This document shows positions 19,191-28,100 of a DNA stretch of 64,000 bases, one piece after another. The stretch spans positions 2,262 through 66,261 of IMG/VR virus record IMGVR_UViG_3300027969_000092. One strand, written 5' to 3'. Made by a program: the position numbers and the translations under genes. Source of the stretch: a virus. Below the pieces are notes generated by a model, which was not told where the DNA came from, ran no database searches, and saw only the letters and a list, made by a program, of their open reading frames with translations. How positions within the stretch are numbered: the stretch's first letter is position 1; each line of letters opens with the position of its first letter.

Positions 19191-19344
19191 ACCTATTTAT
19201 GTAGGTATTTCACATTATGAAATGCCAATTTGCCAAACCTCCCCGCAAACCCTTATAGTAGAGCCATTGTCACGGTAGCTTTCCTATAACCACGGGGGTT
19301 AGCGGGTGATTTGTCACTTTTTGTCGAAAAATTGTCAGGGTACA

Positions 19345-19363
19345 AATGAGAATGATTCCTATT
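19345..19363. promoter_or_regulatory. Fur-box-like palindrome
   Basis: AATGAGAATGATTCCTATT, close to AATGAGAATnATTCTCATT. Confidence 0.55.
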
Positions 19364-19397
19364 TGACTACCAATAATCAACGACTTACGAACAAATT

Positions 19398-19514
19398 GTC
19401 ATAGTAGTCATAGTAGTCACCCTTACTTTTATTATTTTTATTATTTTTAAAAAACATAAAGTAAAGAGAGGGGGTAAAAGTGATTTAGACCCTGACTACT
19501 GTTACTACTATGAC
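19398..19514. repeat. Origin-like element copy 1 (inverted 9-bp iterons around an AT-rich core; IHF consensus at 19375-19387)
   Basis: GTCATAGTA x2 + GTCACC ... AT tract ... CCCTGAC-TACTGTTAC-TACTATGAC. Confidence 0.7.
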
Positions 19515-19715
19515 AATCCATAACTTTTAGTTATATAGAAATTGAAATGCTACTACTTTTGGTTATAAAAAGGGGACGACTTTAATAGCATGTCATATAG
19601 CCACCCTGGGAGATACACACAGTTTGTCCCCCGTTGGGTTGATTAATGATGATAGTTTCCGCAGCCAAAACGGGAGAGCTTATAAGGCATACTGTCAATA
19701 TAACTAAAAGTTTGG

Positions 19716-19910
19716 TCATTTGTTCACCTCATAACCTTTCTGTTCAATCATTCTGTATGCCCATTTTCTGAACTCAATGCGGTTTTCGCTTGTTTGGGCT
19801 TCTTTGTCATCCCATACGGCATCAAGGATATGCTCGCCTGTGGCATCGTTAAACTCAATCTTTAGCATATTGCCGTCTTTATCATAGATATCTACTGGTA
19901 TTGCTCTCAT
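19716..19910 (-). CDS. Hypothetical early protein
   Basis: ORF with ATGA coupling (start MRAIP). Confidence 0.55.
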   Translation of the reverse strand: MRAIPVDIYDKDGNMLKIEFNDATGEHILDAVWDDKEAQTSENRIEFRKWAYRMIEQKGYEVNK

Positions 19911-20179
19911 TTTGCACCCCATGTGTCTTGGTTGTTGTAATCGCCTCTAATCATGCTCATTCTTTCGTCTTTCCTACTTTTTGGCTCAACTGCAAGCCAT
20001 TGTTTAAACATCGCCTGATAGTGTAGGTAGTCATGGTTCATCTCAAACAATGGATGATTCATGCCCGCCACATCAACTGTGCTTAATACATCGCTAGACG
20101 GAATCCATTTATTTGAATGTCGGATTTTGTCTCGGGCTTGAATATATAGGGCATATGCTCGTTTTTGTTCGTCAGTCAT
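19907..20179 (-). CDS. Hypothetical early protein
   Basis: ORF with GAGGAG RBS. Confidence 0.6.
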   Translation of the reverse strand: MTDEQKRAYALYIQARDKIRHSNKWIPSSDVLSTVDVAGMNHPLFEMNHDYLHYQAMFKQWLAVEPKSRKDERMSMIRGDYNNQDTWGAK

Positions 20180-20744
20180 CGTGTTTCTCCTCTAGGTGAT
20201 CATCATTCTTTAACTCATTCAAATATGCGGGTTCTCTTGATATGTGGGCTTGCAATTCACTTATACGGACTTCTGACATCTTTGTATGGCTTGATAGCTC
20301 TGTCTTGGTAGGTTGCCTACATAACGATTGGGATAGGCTTCTCTCTATGTATTTGAGCTTCTTGATATCAAGCATGATATTGACAGGCAAACGGATAAGG
20401 TTCTCGGTGTTGTTTAACTCCCGCTTAACACCCCTCAATATGAATGGCTTGGCATAGGTGGCAAAACTGGCATTGTTAGTGGGTTTCCATGCCCTTGCTG
20501 ACATGAATAGGGCTTCATTACCCATGCTAAGGATGTCCTCAACGGGTGTCTTACCATGTTGCCATGCGGATAGGCTACGGACTACATAGACTACGAATCT
20601 AAGGTTGTGTTTGATTAGCTTTTCTAAGGCTTGTTGGTTGCCCTGTTGAATCTGACTAGCTAATTGGTGCTCCTCTGTAACTGAAAGAGGTTCTATCCCA
20701 TACAGGGATTGGAGGTAATCACTTAAAATATCATTTTGGGTCAT
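20172..20744 (-). CDS. Sigma70-like factor, regions 1.2-2-3 only (no region 4)
   Basis: LSDYLQSL...PLSVTEEHQLA, LIKHNLRFVV, EDILSMGNEAL, SFATYA, LIRLP, RQPTKTELS; ends at region 3.2. Confidence 0.88.
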   Translation of the reverse strand: MTQNDILSDYLQSLYGIEPLSVTEEHQLASQIQQGNQQALEKLIKHNLRFVVYVVRSLSAWQHGKTPVEDILSMGNEALFMSARAWKPTNNASFATYAKPFILRGVKRELNNTENLIRLPVNIMLDIKKLKYIERSLSQSLCRQPTKTELSSHTKMSEVRISELQAHISREPAYLNELKNDDHLEEKHDD

Positions 20745-20925
20745 CAGGGTTTCACATTATGAAATACGAAACCCTGATTATATTACTTTTTGTTATATAG
20801 GTGGTAATGATGCCAACAATACCATATAAGCAATGGTAGCCATGTATAGGTTAGTGCTTCCCACGCTAGACTTCCAAGCCACATGATAAAAACTGCGGGT
20901 AAATATAATATGTTTGCTACGAAAT

Positions 20926-21108
20926 TCATATCAATGCCTCTTTTAATAATGCGGTTGCCAACTCGTAATCTGTTGGTTGGGTTGGGAGTTCGGTTAGGGT
21001 CATGCCCTCTGTTAAGTAGGGCTTTGCCTCTCGTCTTGATGCAAACTTACGCAATGCCCCACCGAACTCATCAACAAGGATAAATTTATAGACAGATCGT
21101 TTAAACAT
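20926..21108 (-). CDS. Hypothetical early protein
   Basis: YKFILVDEFGGALRKFASRREA. Confidence 0.55.
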   Translation of the reverse strand: MFKRSVYKFILVDEFGGALRKFASRREAKPYLTEGMTLTELPTQPTDYELATALLKEALI

Positions 21109-21247
21109 CTTCTTCGTTGTCGTATAGACTATACTCCTCCTCGATCATTTCAATAACTTTCAATCGCCACATTAGCGTAGTCTTATCCTCATACTCATCT
21201 TCCAACTCAGAGTTAAGGATTGCATCTTCAATTTGATCTTGGGTCAT
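21101..21247 (-). CDS. Small acidic protein (start MTQDQ)
   Basis: GAGGAG RBS; ATGA overlap; highly acidic. Confidence 0.55.
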   Translation of the reverse strand: MTQDQIEDAILNSELEDEYEDKTTLMWRLKVIEMIEEEYSLYDNEEDV

Positions 21248-21462
21248 GTTCTGCTCCTCATAATGTCTGCTACTTCTTTGGTTATAACAACACAATCGCC
21301 TACGGGTGCTCGTCTTTCCATTCTGTCAAAACCATATATCAAGCCATTTGCCTCGTAATACTCCTTTGGCGGGTCAAGATATATCGTGCATCCTAACTGT
21401 CTAGATACTTTGCAAGCAAATCCCCTGTGCAACACATAATCTCCAAATTTAACAATGTCCAT
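21244..21462 (-). CDS. Small early protein, shares its C-terminus with the next gene
   Basis: C-terminal ITKEVADIMR. Confidence 0.6.
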   Translation of the reverse strand: MDIVKFGDYVLHRGFACKVSRQLGCTIYLDPPKEYYEANGLIYGFDRMERRAPVGDCVVITKEVADIMRSRT

Positions 21463-21464
21463 GT

Positions 21465-21644
21465 TTAAACACCTCGCATAATGTCTGCTACTTCTTTGGT
21501 TATGGGGTACAACTCATCATTAGATACAATCTTGGGGTGCTTGTTTCCATCCAGATCGAATATGTTTATCTGGGTATACATACCACCCACCACCCACACT
21601 TGACCAACATCCTCATTGGTCATAACCCAATCATTAGGGTTCAT
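21465..21644 (-). CDS. Small early protein, shares its C-terminus with the previous gene
   Basis: C-terminal ITKEVADIMR. Confidence 0.6.
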   Translation of the reverse strand: MNPNDWVMTNEDVGQVWVVGGMYTQINIFDLDGNKHPKIVSNDELYPITKEVADIMRGV

Positions 21645-22450
21645 TCCATCACCCAATATGAGGATTCGTTTTCCCTTAAACCAACACCCTCAACAAAATC
21701 CTTTCCGTCTGTGATATCCAACACAAACATCTTGCCTTTGATATCTTCAGGTAGATCATCTTTGTTGGCTAGTTTTACTACATCCTTTGTGCCGTCTTTG
21801 ATGTATTGCACCTCATTGGCTTTGACCCACACAAAATATGTGACGGGTTTGTAGTCGTGATATTTGTCAATCTGCTCTCGGTTAGTTACTAAATACTCCA
21901 TTGCATTTTTAAATGTAGGGGACTTAGGTGTATAGCCTGTGCTATGTAAGTAAAGCATATCTTCATAAGCAAGGTTAAACGCACCATTGGTCTTTTGATT
22001 TACTTCCCATGACCATTTGTTGCGTAAAGATTGGACTGCTTGTTCGTAGTTTCGCTTGCAACTCTCAATGTGTTGGAAGATAGTAATGGGTGCTAATGTT
22101 TTCTTAGCAATCTTCACAATGTTCTTAGCGTGGATAGACTGTTTCATTTGACCCATACCACCATACCCGTATCTACCATCATCAATGTTGCGGTTGGTAA
22201 TGGTGTATTTGCCGTCATACCTATGCTTTCCAATCTCCCCAATCTGCGTGTTTGGGTCATCGGCATGGTATATCTTCAATCCGAAACAAACACCCTGTTT
22301 AAACTCATCGGGCATATTGTATGTAGATATGTCGCATGGCTTATATGACAAATTGGGTATAGCACTTTGGATGTCTTTAGCTAGTGCCACTAAATTAGAA
22401 TCAACAAACGGAATGTCGTTAAATGGTTCGCAAATAATTTTATCACTCAT
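21641..22450 (-). CDS. Hypothetical early protein
   Basis: 269-aa ORF with GAGGAG RBS. Confidence 0.7.
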   Translation of the reverse strand: MSDKIICEPFNDIPFVDSNLVALAKDIQSAIPNLSYKPCDISTYNMPDEFKQGVCFGLKIYHADDPNTQIGEIGKHRYDGKYTITNRNIDDGRYGYGGMGQMKQSIHAKNIVKIAKKTLAPITIFQHIESCKRNYEQAVQSLRNKWSWEVNQKTNGAFNLAYEDMLYLHSTGYTPKSPTFKNAMEYLVTNREQIDKYHDYKPVTYFVWVKANEVQYIKDGTKDVVKLANKDDLPEDIKGKMFVLDITDGKDFVEGVGLRENESSYWVME

Positions 22451-22460
22451 AATTTTCTCC

Positions 22461-23420
22461 TCAATTAAACCAAGATTTATAGCGGTCTTTACACATCTTA
22501 CCCAATGGCACTTCTACTTCTTTAACAGGTTTAAACAACTCGTAAGCATGTTTGTTCAACAACTTGGGTAACTTTTCTTTGTGATAAGTGACGATTGATT
22601 TAGGATTTTGTCTATCTGTCCAATCATAGCGTTCATTTTTAATGAGATATTTGTAACTCTCTGCTATTGCAAACCAATGTTGGGGTGCATTGTCATCAAC
22701 TTGTTTAAACATATCGTGCTCGTCTATATCTAATTCTTGGCAAGCAAGGGTAATGGGGTTTTGCCAATAACCCACATACTTATCATCCACCATGTCCACC
22801 ATGACATTTAAATACTCTATCAATGGCTTAATTTGTGCTCTTACTTCCTTGGTTTTTGTGCGGTCTAATTGGTGTATTGTTTCACGATGCACTACCAATG
22901 GTTGCCAATACTTATCACCCTGTTTGCGTGTAAATGTAGTATCACCCTTCTCTGCGGTGTAATACTGAAAGCCATCCTCTGTTGATACTGCAACATACTT
23001 ACAAGAATTGTGATTGACCATGTTTAAACCGATTGGTAGGTTGTAATGGTAAAACCCGAATGTTGATGCACTACTCAAATACTTAGGATGTAACTGTGTG
23101 CCTTCTTTCCAATATGCCTTTGGTGTGTGGACTGTAACAGTTTCAATGCCATCGTTTAAACACCATGTAATAGCCCTGTTCAATGTTCTGTTACTGTGTT
23201 GCCATGCGTCAAACACAATCGCATATTCTGTGTCGCTAATCTTTAAAACTTGTTCCCAATCCCTTCTGCGTTCACCACATGGTCGAATGTTCAATGCTTT
23301 GCGTTTGCCTTGCAATGGTTTGATTGATTCATAACGGGATTTAATCTTCTCAAAATCCGAATAGGTTTGTGTTTGTGCCTGTACTTCCATTGGCGTTCTC
23401 ATGTAATTTCCGTAACCCAT
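22461..23420 (-). CDS. Hypothetical early protein (start MGYGN)
   Basis: GAGGAG RBS; IKPLQG...IRPCGERRR. Confidence 0.7.
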   Translation of the reverse strand: MGYGNYMRTPMEVQAQTQTYSDFEKIKSRYESIKPLQGKRKALNIRPCGERRRDWEQVLKISDTEYAIVFDAWQHSNRTLNRAITWCLNDGIETVTVHTPKAYWKEGTQLHPKYLSSASTFGFYHYNLPIGLNMVNHNSCKYVAVSTEDGFQYYTAEKGDTTFTRKQGDKYWQPLVVHRETIHQLDRTKTKEVRAQIKPLIEYLNVMVDMVDDKYVGYWQNPITLACQELDIDEHDMFKQVDDNAPQHWFAIAESYKYLIKNERYDWTDRQNPKSIVTYHKEKLPKLLNKHAYELFKPVKEVEVPLGKMCKDRYKSWFN

Positions 23421-23421
23421 C

Positions 23422-24582
23422 TTAATTCTCCTCAATATGAATTGCTGACCCAATGGTAGGGTTAGCGTGTTTGTTGTTTACAATAGCCCATAAAACAGGG
23501 CAACTCCATGACCCACCCCAATCGTTACCAACATGACCATCCGTTAAGACAATGGCACAAACTGGGTCAATCTTATGCTTACTCATGTACTTAGTAATGC
23601 AAGAGGGTCGTGTACCACCACCCCCGACTGGCTTAGTTGATGATGTCATGCGGGTGGCATCGTTTAAACCATATACCTCATGCCCCGCCACTTCGCTATC
23701 CCAATAGATCAGATCGACTTGTTCAGGGTTCACATTCTCCATAATGCTTGCAACTTCAGAGATAAACCTATTAAGGATGTCACCTTGGATAGACCCCGAT
23801 GTATCAATGGCAACAACAACTCGACCCATAGTTTCACTATATTGTGATGGCATATAGATGTCATGTTGTAACCATCTGCGGTTAGGTTTTCTCCATGTTG
23901 AATCGTCTTTGCCTTGGCATATAGCCGATACAAATTCACGGAGAGCATCTTTCCAATTTACCTTGGCACTCATAAGATCATCAAACGATCTGTTTAAACT
24001 ACCCCCCACCTTACCCGCTAAGATTGCACCTTGTCTAATGGCTTGGTCGATCTCTTTGGCTAATTCTTGGGCTTGGGCATCTGTCATCTCCTCTGCTCCT
24101 TCCCAATCATGCTCATCGAACCCGCCACCCATGCCTTGCCCACCATCTTGACTGTCTAGCAATGCAAACACCTCGGCACTATTTAAGCCACGATACTTCT
24201 CGTCATGTAAGCCACCCTTGGGTAATGTTACAAACCCATTACTAGCTTTGCCCTCATCGACAATCTCAATGTTAATCACATAGTCACAAGCCATATTTGC
24301 CCGTTGTGGGTCTTGCTTATTTAAGTGTTTCCATGTCAGTAGATGTCTATACATTTTGTGCTTTGCCTCATGCAAGATAACACCCCGCAAATCGGCATCG
24401 TTTAAACTCTCTACAAACTCCCTACCAAAATACACATCTTTACCATTGGTGCAAGCGGTTGGCACATCGTCTTTAACCTTAGCCTCGCCAATCATTAAGA
24501 TACCTGAATAGGCAACAAACTGCGGGGACTTCATTAAATCAATGTGTGCTCTTTCAATGCGTTGTTCTGCGGTTAGTGCCAT
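23422..24582 (-). CDS. DUF2201 metallopeptidase-like + vWA domain protein
   Basis: PTACTNG, ILHEAKH, ANMACDYVIN, MIDAS IDTSGS, GGGGT, LTDG. Confidence 0.88.
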   Translation of the reverse strand: MALTAEQRIERAHIDLMKSPQFVAYSGILMIGEAKVKDDVPTACTNGKDVYFGREFVESLNDADLRGVILHEAKHKMYRHLLTWKHLNKQDPQRANMACDYVINIEIVDEGKASNGFVTLPKGGLHDEKYRGLNSAEVFALLDSQDGGQGMGGGFDEHDWEGAEEMTDAQAQELAKEIDQAIRQGAILAGKVGGSLNRSFDDLMSAKVNWKDALREFVSAICQGKDDSTWRKPNRRWLQHDIYMPSQYSETMGRVVVAIDTSGSIQGDILNRFISEVASIMENVNPEQVDLIYWDSEVAGHEVYGLNDATRMTSSTKPVGGGGTRPSCITKYMSKHKIDPVCAIVLTDGHVGNDWGGSWSCPVLWAIVNNKHANPTIGSAIHIEEN

Positions 24583-24751
24583 GATTTTCCCTTTCGATTT
24601 GATTTAAAAAGTGTGCCTTTAATTCTGCACCCGTTCTAGACTTATAAGTTCGATTGTATTTTTCAAACTTGTACTTGCCCTCGGTGACTGTATTCCTACC
24701 AACTCCCCACCTCTCATCTGAATGATCTAATGAATATGCTTGCCACTCCAT
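24554..24751 (-). CDS. Hypothetical early protein
   Basis: GAGGAG RBS upstream of MEWQ. Confidence 0.5.
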   Translation of the reverse strand: MEWQAYSLDHSDERWGVGRNTVTEGKYKFEKYNRTYKSRTGAELKAHFLNQIERENHGTNRRTTH

Positions 24752-24866
24752 AATCAATTCTCCTCTTTAAAGTAAAGACAAAACACAATGTAACCAACAA
24801 TGCCCCAAGCCAATATCCCGCTATATGCTAAGAATGTAAAAAGGTAATCGTAAAATGTCATCATGT

Positions 24867-25946
24867 TTAAACTCCCTGTGCAAATAGGTAATTGTTATTG
24901 GTAGCCCATTTAATGAACCCTTGATTAGTGCCAACTGTTGCCTTCTTGGATGTACGCATAACACTCGTGGCAAACAATCCCTGTGCCTCTTTGGATAGTC
25001 TGTCTAGATACTTCATAAACTTAGACACATCATCTTTTTCAATCCTTTGGATTGCTGAATAGATAAGCATACAAACGGCACTAGGGGACTTAGGAATGGC
25101 ACACTTATCGGGGTTGGCTAGTACATCTTCCCATTGTGGCAACTCGTCATTTAATTGGATGATAGAGAGCATATCGTAGGTGGCTCGTTTTCCTATCGTG
25201 CCTGTGAGAGTATGCCCCATGATGTTTAAACCTAATCCCTTGGTTTTCTTAATGATGTCACTAGCCTTTTCTAAACTGCGTGGGGTAGTAAATGCGGGTC
25301 TAGGTGCTCTTGGGTCGTAGATATATTCATTGTCGCTTGCCTTGTCGAAATCCTCAAAACTTCCAAGCATTTGGGGGAATTGTTTTACAGTCAATAAAAC
25401 TTCAGGGGCAATGTTGTTCTCTAATGCCCATTCAATCCATTGGTCTGCTGATGGCTTGCGAACCTTTACAACTGCTAAGCGATTGCGGGCATGGGGTGGT
25501 AGATTGTCCCCAATAGCCTCATTAGCAAGGTTTGTAGTGGCGAACACAATAGACCCCTTGGGTAGATCATATATGCCTAGCTTGCGTTCTAGCATCAATC
25601 TAAGGCAAGCGTTCATTACTGCTTTACTTGCCTTGCCGATCTCATCAAGCATTAACACAATGGGCTTATTAAGGTGAAAGCCGAATTCCTCATTGGGTAT
25701 GAATGAGCACACCTCTGTGCCGTCAATGGTACGGATTTTAGGCACTAAAAAATCCCCTACATCCTTGGTAGTCATATCGCCATAACATACAAAATGATCG
25801 GGCAATTTGGCTTGTAACATCTTGAGCATGGATGACTTACCAATACCCATTTCGCCTTGTGCTAGGACTGTTACGCTGTCCCCTACGGCATGAATAAGGT
25901 CGGCACACTCTTGGAGAGTGACTGATTTGTATAGATCGTTTGACAT
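24867..25946 (-). CDS. MoxR-type AAA+ ATPase
   Basis: GEMGIGKS, LMLDEI, ATTN, TPRS. Confidence 0.88.
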   Translation of the reverse strand: MSNDLYKSVTLQECADLIHAVGDSVTVLAQGEMGIGKSSMLKMLQAKLPDHFVCYGDMTTKDVGDFLVPKIRTIDGTEVCSFIPNEEFGFHLNKPIVLMLDEIGKASKAVMNACLRLMLERKLGIYDLPKGSIVFATTNLANEAIGDNLPPHARNRLAVVKVRKPSADQWIEWALENNIAPEVLLTVKQFPQMLGSFEDFDKASDNEYIYDPRAPRPAFTTPRSLEKASDIIKKTKGLGLNIMGHTLTGTIGKRATYDMLSIIQLNDELPQWEDVLANPDKCAIPKSPSAVCMLIYSAIQRIEKDDVSKFMKYLDRLSKEAQGLFATSVMRTSKKATVGTNQGFIKWATNNNYLFAQGV

Positions 25947-26130
25947 GGTGTTTAAACTCCTTTAATTGGTATAGGTTGGGTTATATAAATCAGGTGCTAT
26001 ACAAGCCACAAAAAACAGGCAAAGCAATAAGACAATAATTGCGATATTTTCTCTCATAATGTCGTTCCCCATAATAGCAAAATGGCAATAAATATGGCTA
26101 GGGATAAACCCTTTAATAAATAGATCATGT

Positions 26131-26289
26131 TTAAACACCTTCCTTTGGTTTTGTATTAGTTGAATAATGGCTTTTTATATAGTCGGACAATATGTCAGTC
26201 AATCTACCTGAATCCCCATAAAACCAATTATCGGCTTCAATGTATTCAAGTAAATCTTCAAGGGCTTGAAATTCTGCATATGTCATCAT
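26131..26289 (-). CDS. Hypothetical 52-aa early protein (not in ORF track)
   Basis: MMTYAEFQALEDLLEYIEADNWFYGDSGR...KEGV; GGAG-GTTTAAAC-ATG junction. Confidence 0.6.
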   Translation of the reverse strand: MMTYAEFQALEDLLEYIEADNWFYGDSGRLTDILSDYIKSHYSTNTKPKEGV

Positions 26290-26291
26290 GT

Positions 26292-26450
26292 TTAAACCAC
26301 TCCTTCAGGTATCTGTTTAAATAAATAATATAAATGGTCAGGCACATAAACAACTTGCCCTTCTTCATCTCTAAATTCGTGTCCATCGGGGGTCAATGCT
26401 TTTCCCCGTTGGTCTATGTGGTAAAACTGTTCATAAATTGGGGTAATCAT
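26292..26450 (-). CDS. Hypothetical 52-aa early protein (not in ORF track)
   Basis: MITPIYEQFYHIDQRGKALTPDGHEFRDEEG...EGVV; GGAG-GTTTAAAC-ATG junction. Confidence 0.6.
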   Translation of the reverse strand: MITPIYEQFYHIDQRGKALTPDGHEFRDEEGQVVYVPDHLYYLFKQIPEGVV

Positions 26451-26452
26451 GT

Positions 26453-26695
26453 TTAAACACTCCCGTCTAATAGGTTGTCAAAATAGGACTGTGGCAACTC
26501 GGGGGCTTGGACACCATCAAGCCATTTATTGATGTGGCGGGTTGTTGTCTTGCTCCATTTCGTATCAGTCTTAGAAAATGAATAAGTGCTCTTATCAAAA
26601 CTAGCAACGGGTGTGGAATAGCTGAATAAGACTATCTGATTATTTGATTCTAAGAGGGTCATATTAGATGCGAGAATTTTTACTTGTAATGACAT
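26453..26695 (-). CDS. Early phage protein
   Basis: VLFSYSTPVA...WSKTTTRHINKW; AAGGA RBS. Confidence 0.7.
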   Translation of the reverse strand: MSLQVKILASNMTLLESNNQIVLFSYSTPVASFDKSTYSFSKTDTKWSKTTTRHINKWLDGVQAPELPQSYFDNLLDGSV

Positions 26696-26747
26696 GGTGT
26701 GATTCCTTTGTGGTTGGTTTTAAGGGGGTTTTTAGCCCCCGTTTGGG

Positions 26748-26951
26748 TTAGATGGTGGGCTTGCCTAGCATTTGTGCTAATTCGTTATAGACTGCGGTTC
26801 TAGTGCCTTTTAGACCTAGCTCCTTTTTAACTAGGCTATACATGGTCATGCCCCTTGATACTCTCATTCCTTTGATCTCAAGACCTAGACCCCGTAGGAT
26901 AGTTATGTAACGGAATGTTGCTATTTGTGTTGGATTGGTGATCATGGTCAT
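26748..26951 (-). CDS. Early phage protein
   Basis: GLGLEIKGM..SRG...YSLVKKELGLKG; AGGAG RBS. Confidence 0.7.
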   Translation of the reverse strand: MTMITNPTQIATFRYITILRGLGLEIKGMRVSRGMTMYSLVKKELGLKGTRTAVYNELAQMLGKPTI

Positions 26952-26954
26952 GGT

Positions 26955-27128
26955 TTATTCTCCTAAATAAAAATTGTCTGACATTACTACGGGTAGGTAA
27001 TTATTACGGATCTGTCTAAGTGCTCCCGAATCTTTCCCGCTATACCATAGCAAGGACAATTCGTTTTTCCAATTAGCCCCATGTATACGGGCAAACTCTC
27101 TTAATGCGGTGATCTGTGTATCGTTCAT
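26955..27128 (-). CDS. Hypothetical 57-aa early protein (not in ORF track)
   Basis: MNDTQITALREFARIHGANWKNELSLLWYSGKDSGALRQIRNNY...; AAGGA RBS. Confidence 0.65.
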   Translation of the reverse strand: MNDTQITALREFARIHGANWKNELSLLWYSGKDSGALRQIRNNYLPVVMSDNFYLGE

Positions 27129-27186
27129 GGTGTTAGTTTCCTTTGGTGTTGTTTAAACATGGCGGGGGTTTGCCCCGCCTGTTGGT

Positions 27187-27777
27187 TTAATCTTCTTTAA
27201 TCTCTACTGTCATACCCCATCCGTAGGCTTCACAGTCTTGGTCAGGGCAAGTAGGTAGGGCAACTTCGATCCATTTCTTAGATGTGTACACCTGATACTC
27301 ACAATGTGAGCATACGCATTTGATTTGGCGGGTGGTTTGCTTTTTGGTGTTGGATTGCATTAGGGGGGCATGTGGATATTGTCCCGCTTGATCTACCCAT
27401 GACTGAATGAGGGCTTTCAATTCGGCATTGGCACTAGCTGATCTCATTTGACCCTCTAATCCTACGGCATTGGCACATTGTTTAAACACCTTGCCATGTC
27501 CCGCCTTGTTGCCTACTGTGGCATGGCATAACTCATGGATAAGGATATCAATAACCTCTACGCTATCGGCTACCTTGGGGCTAATGAAGATCTCTGATGT
27601 ATTGTCCTCACTATTGGCACTAGACCAACATTCGCCAATGTGTTTCTTACTAGATGTAAGGGAACAAGACATTCTGACATTGTCGGGGATGGTGTAACCC
27701 GCTTTGGCAAAATGCGGTCTAGCATATGTATCGGTGATGTAGTTGAGGTATGTTTCTCTGTTGGTAGTGTGGTTCAT
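27187..27777 (-). CDS. SprT-like Zn metalloprotease with C-terminal Zn ribbon; first early gene
   Basis: IGECW, EIFISP, LIHELCH...GHG..FK, C-x-C-x2-C...CP. Confidence 0.8.
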   Translation of the reverse strand: MNHTTNRETYLNYITDTYARPHFAKAGYTIPDNVRMSCSLTSSKKHIGECWSSANSEDNTSEIFISPKVADSVEVIDILIHELCHATVGNKAGHGKVFKQCANAVGLEGQMRSASANAELKALIQSWVDQAGQYPHAPLMQSNTKKQTTRQIKCVCSHCEYQVYTSKKWIEVALPTCPDQDCEAYGWGMTVEIKED

Positions 27778-27830
27778 GGTTTGCTCTATTCCTTAGTGGT
27801 TAGTTGTCATGGGTTAGCCCCATAACTTAA

Positions 27831-27859
27831 ACAATATAGATGTTTTGGCATTGTGTCTA
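27831..27859 (-). promoter_or_regulatory. Candidate early sigma70 promoter
   Basis: TAGACA-N17-TATTGT with an AT-rich UP-like region. Confidence 0.45.
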
Positions 27860-28100
27860 ATAATAAAAAGTAATATAGGAATGGTTCTTTATACTAAGGG
27901 TTAACCCTGACAAAATCGAGATCGCATGGGGTGTAATAGTAAGGCAAGCCAAGCGATCAAGTCGGCTATAAACCCCCTTAAAACCCCTTGGCTTCGATTG
28001 TCATTTTGTCGGGTAGTTTTCTTGATCTTGGTGGCGGGTTCTTTTTGATGCGTTGCAACATTACTTCCACTCTCCCTCTCAGCTCTCGCACCCGCATAGC

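Noticed and set aside
26955-27128. Suspected frameshift in a small early gene
   Set aside because: Recounting the A5 run gives an intact 57-aa frame
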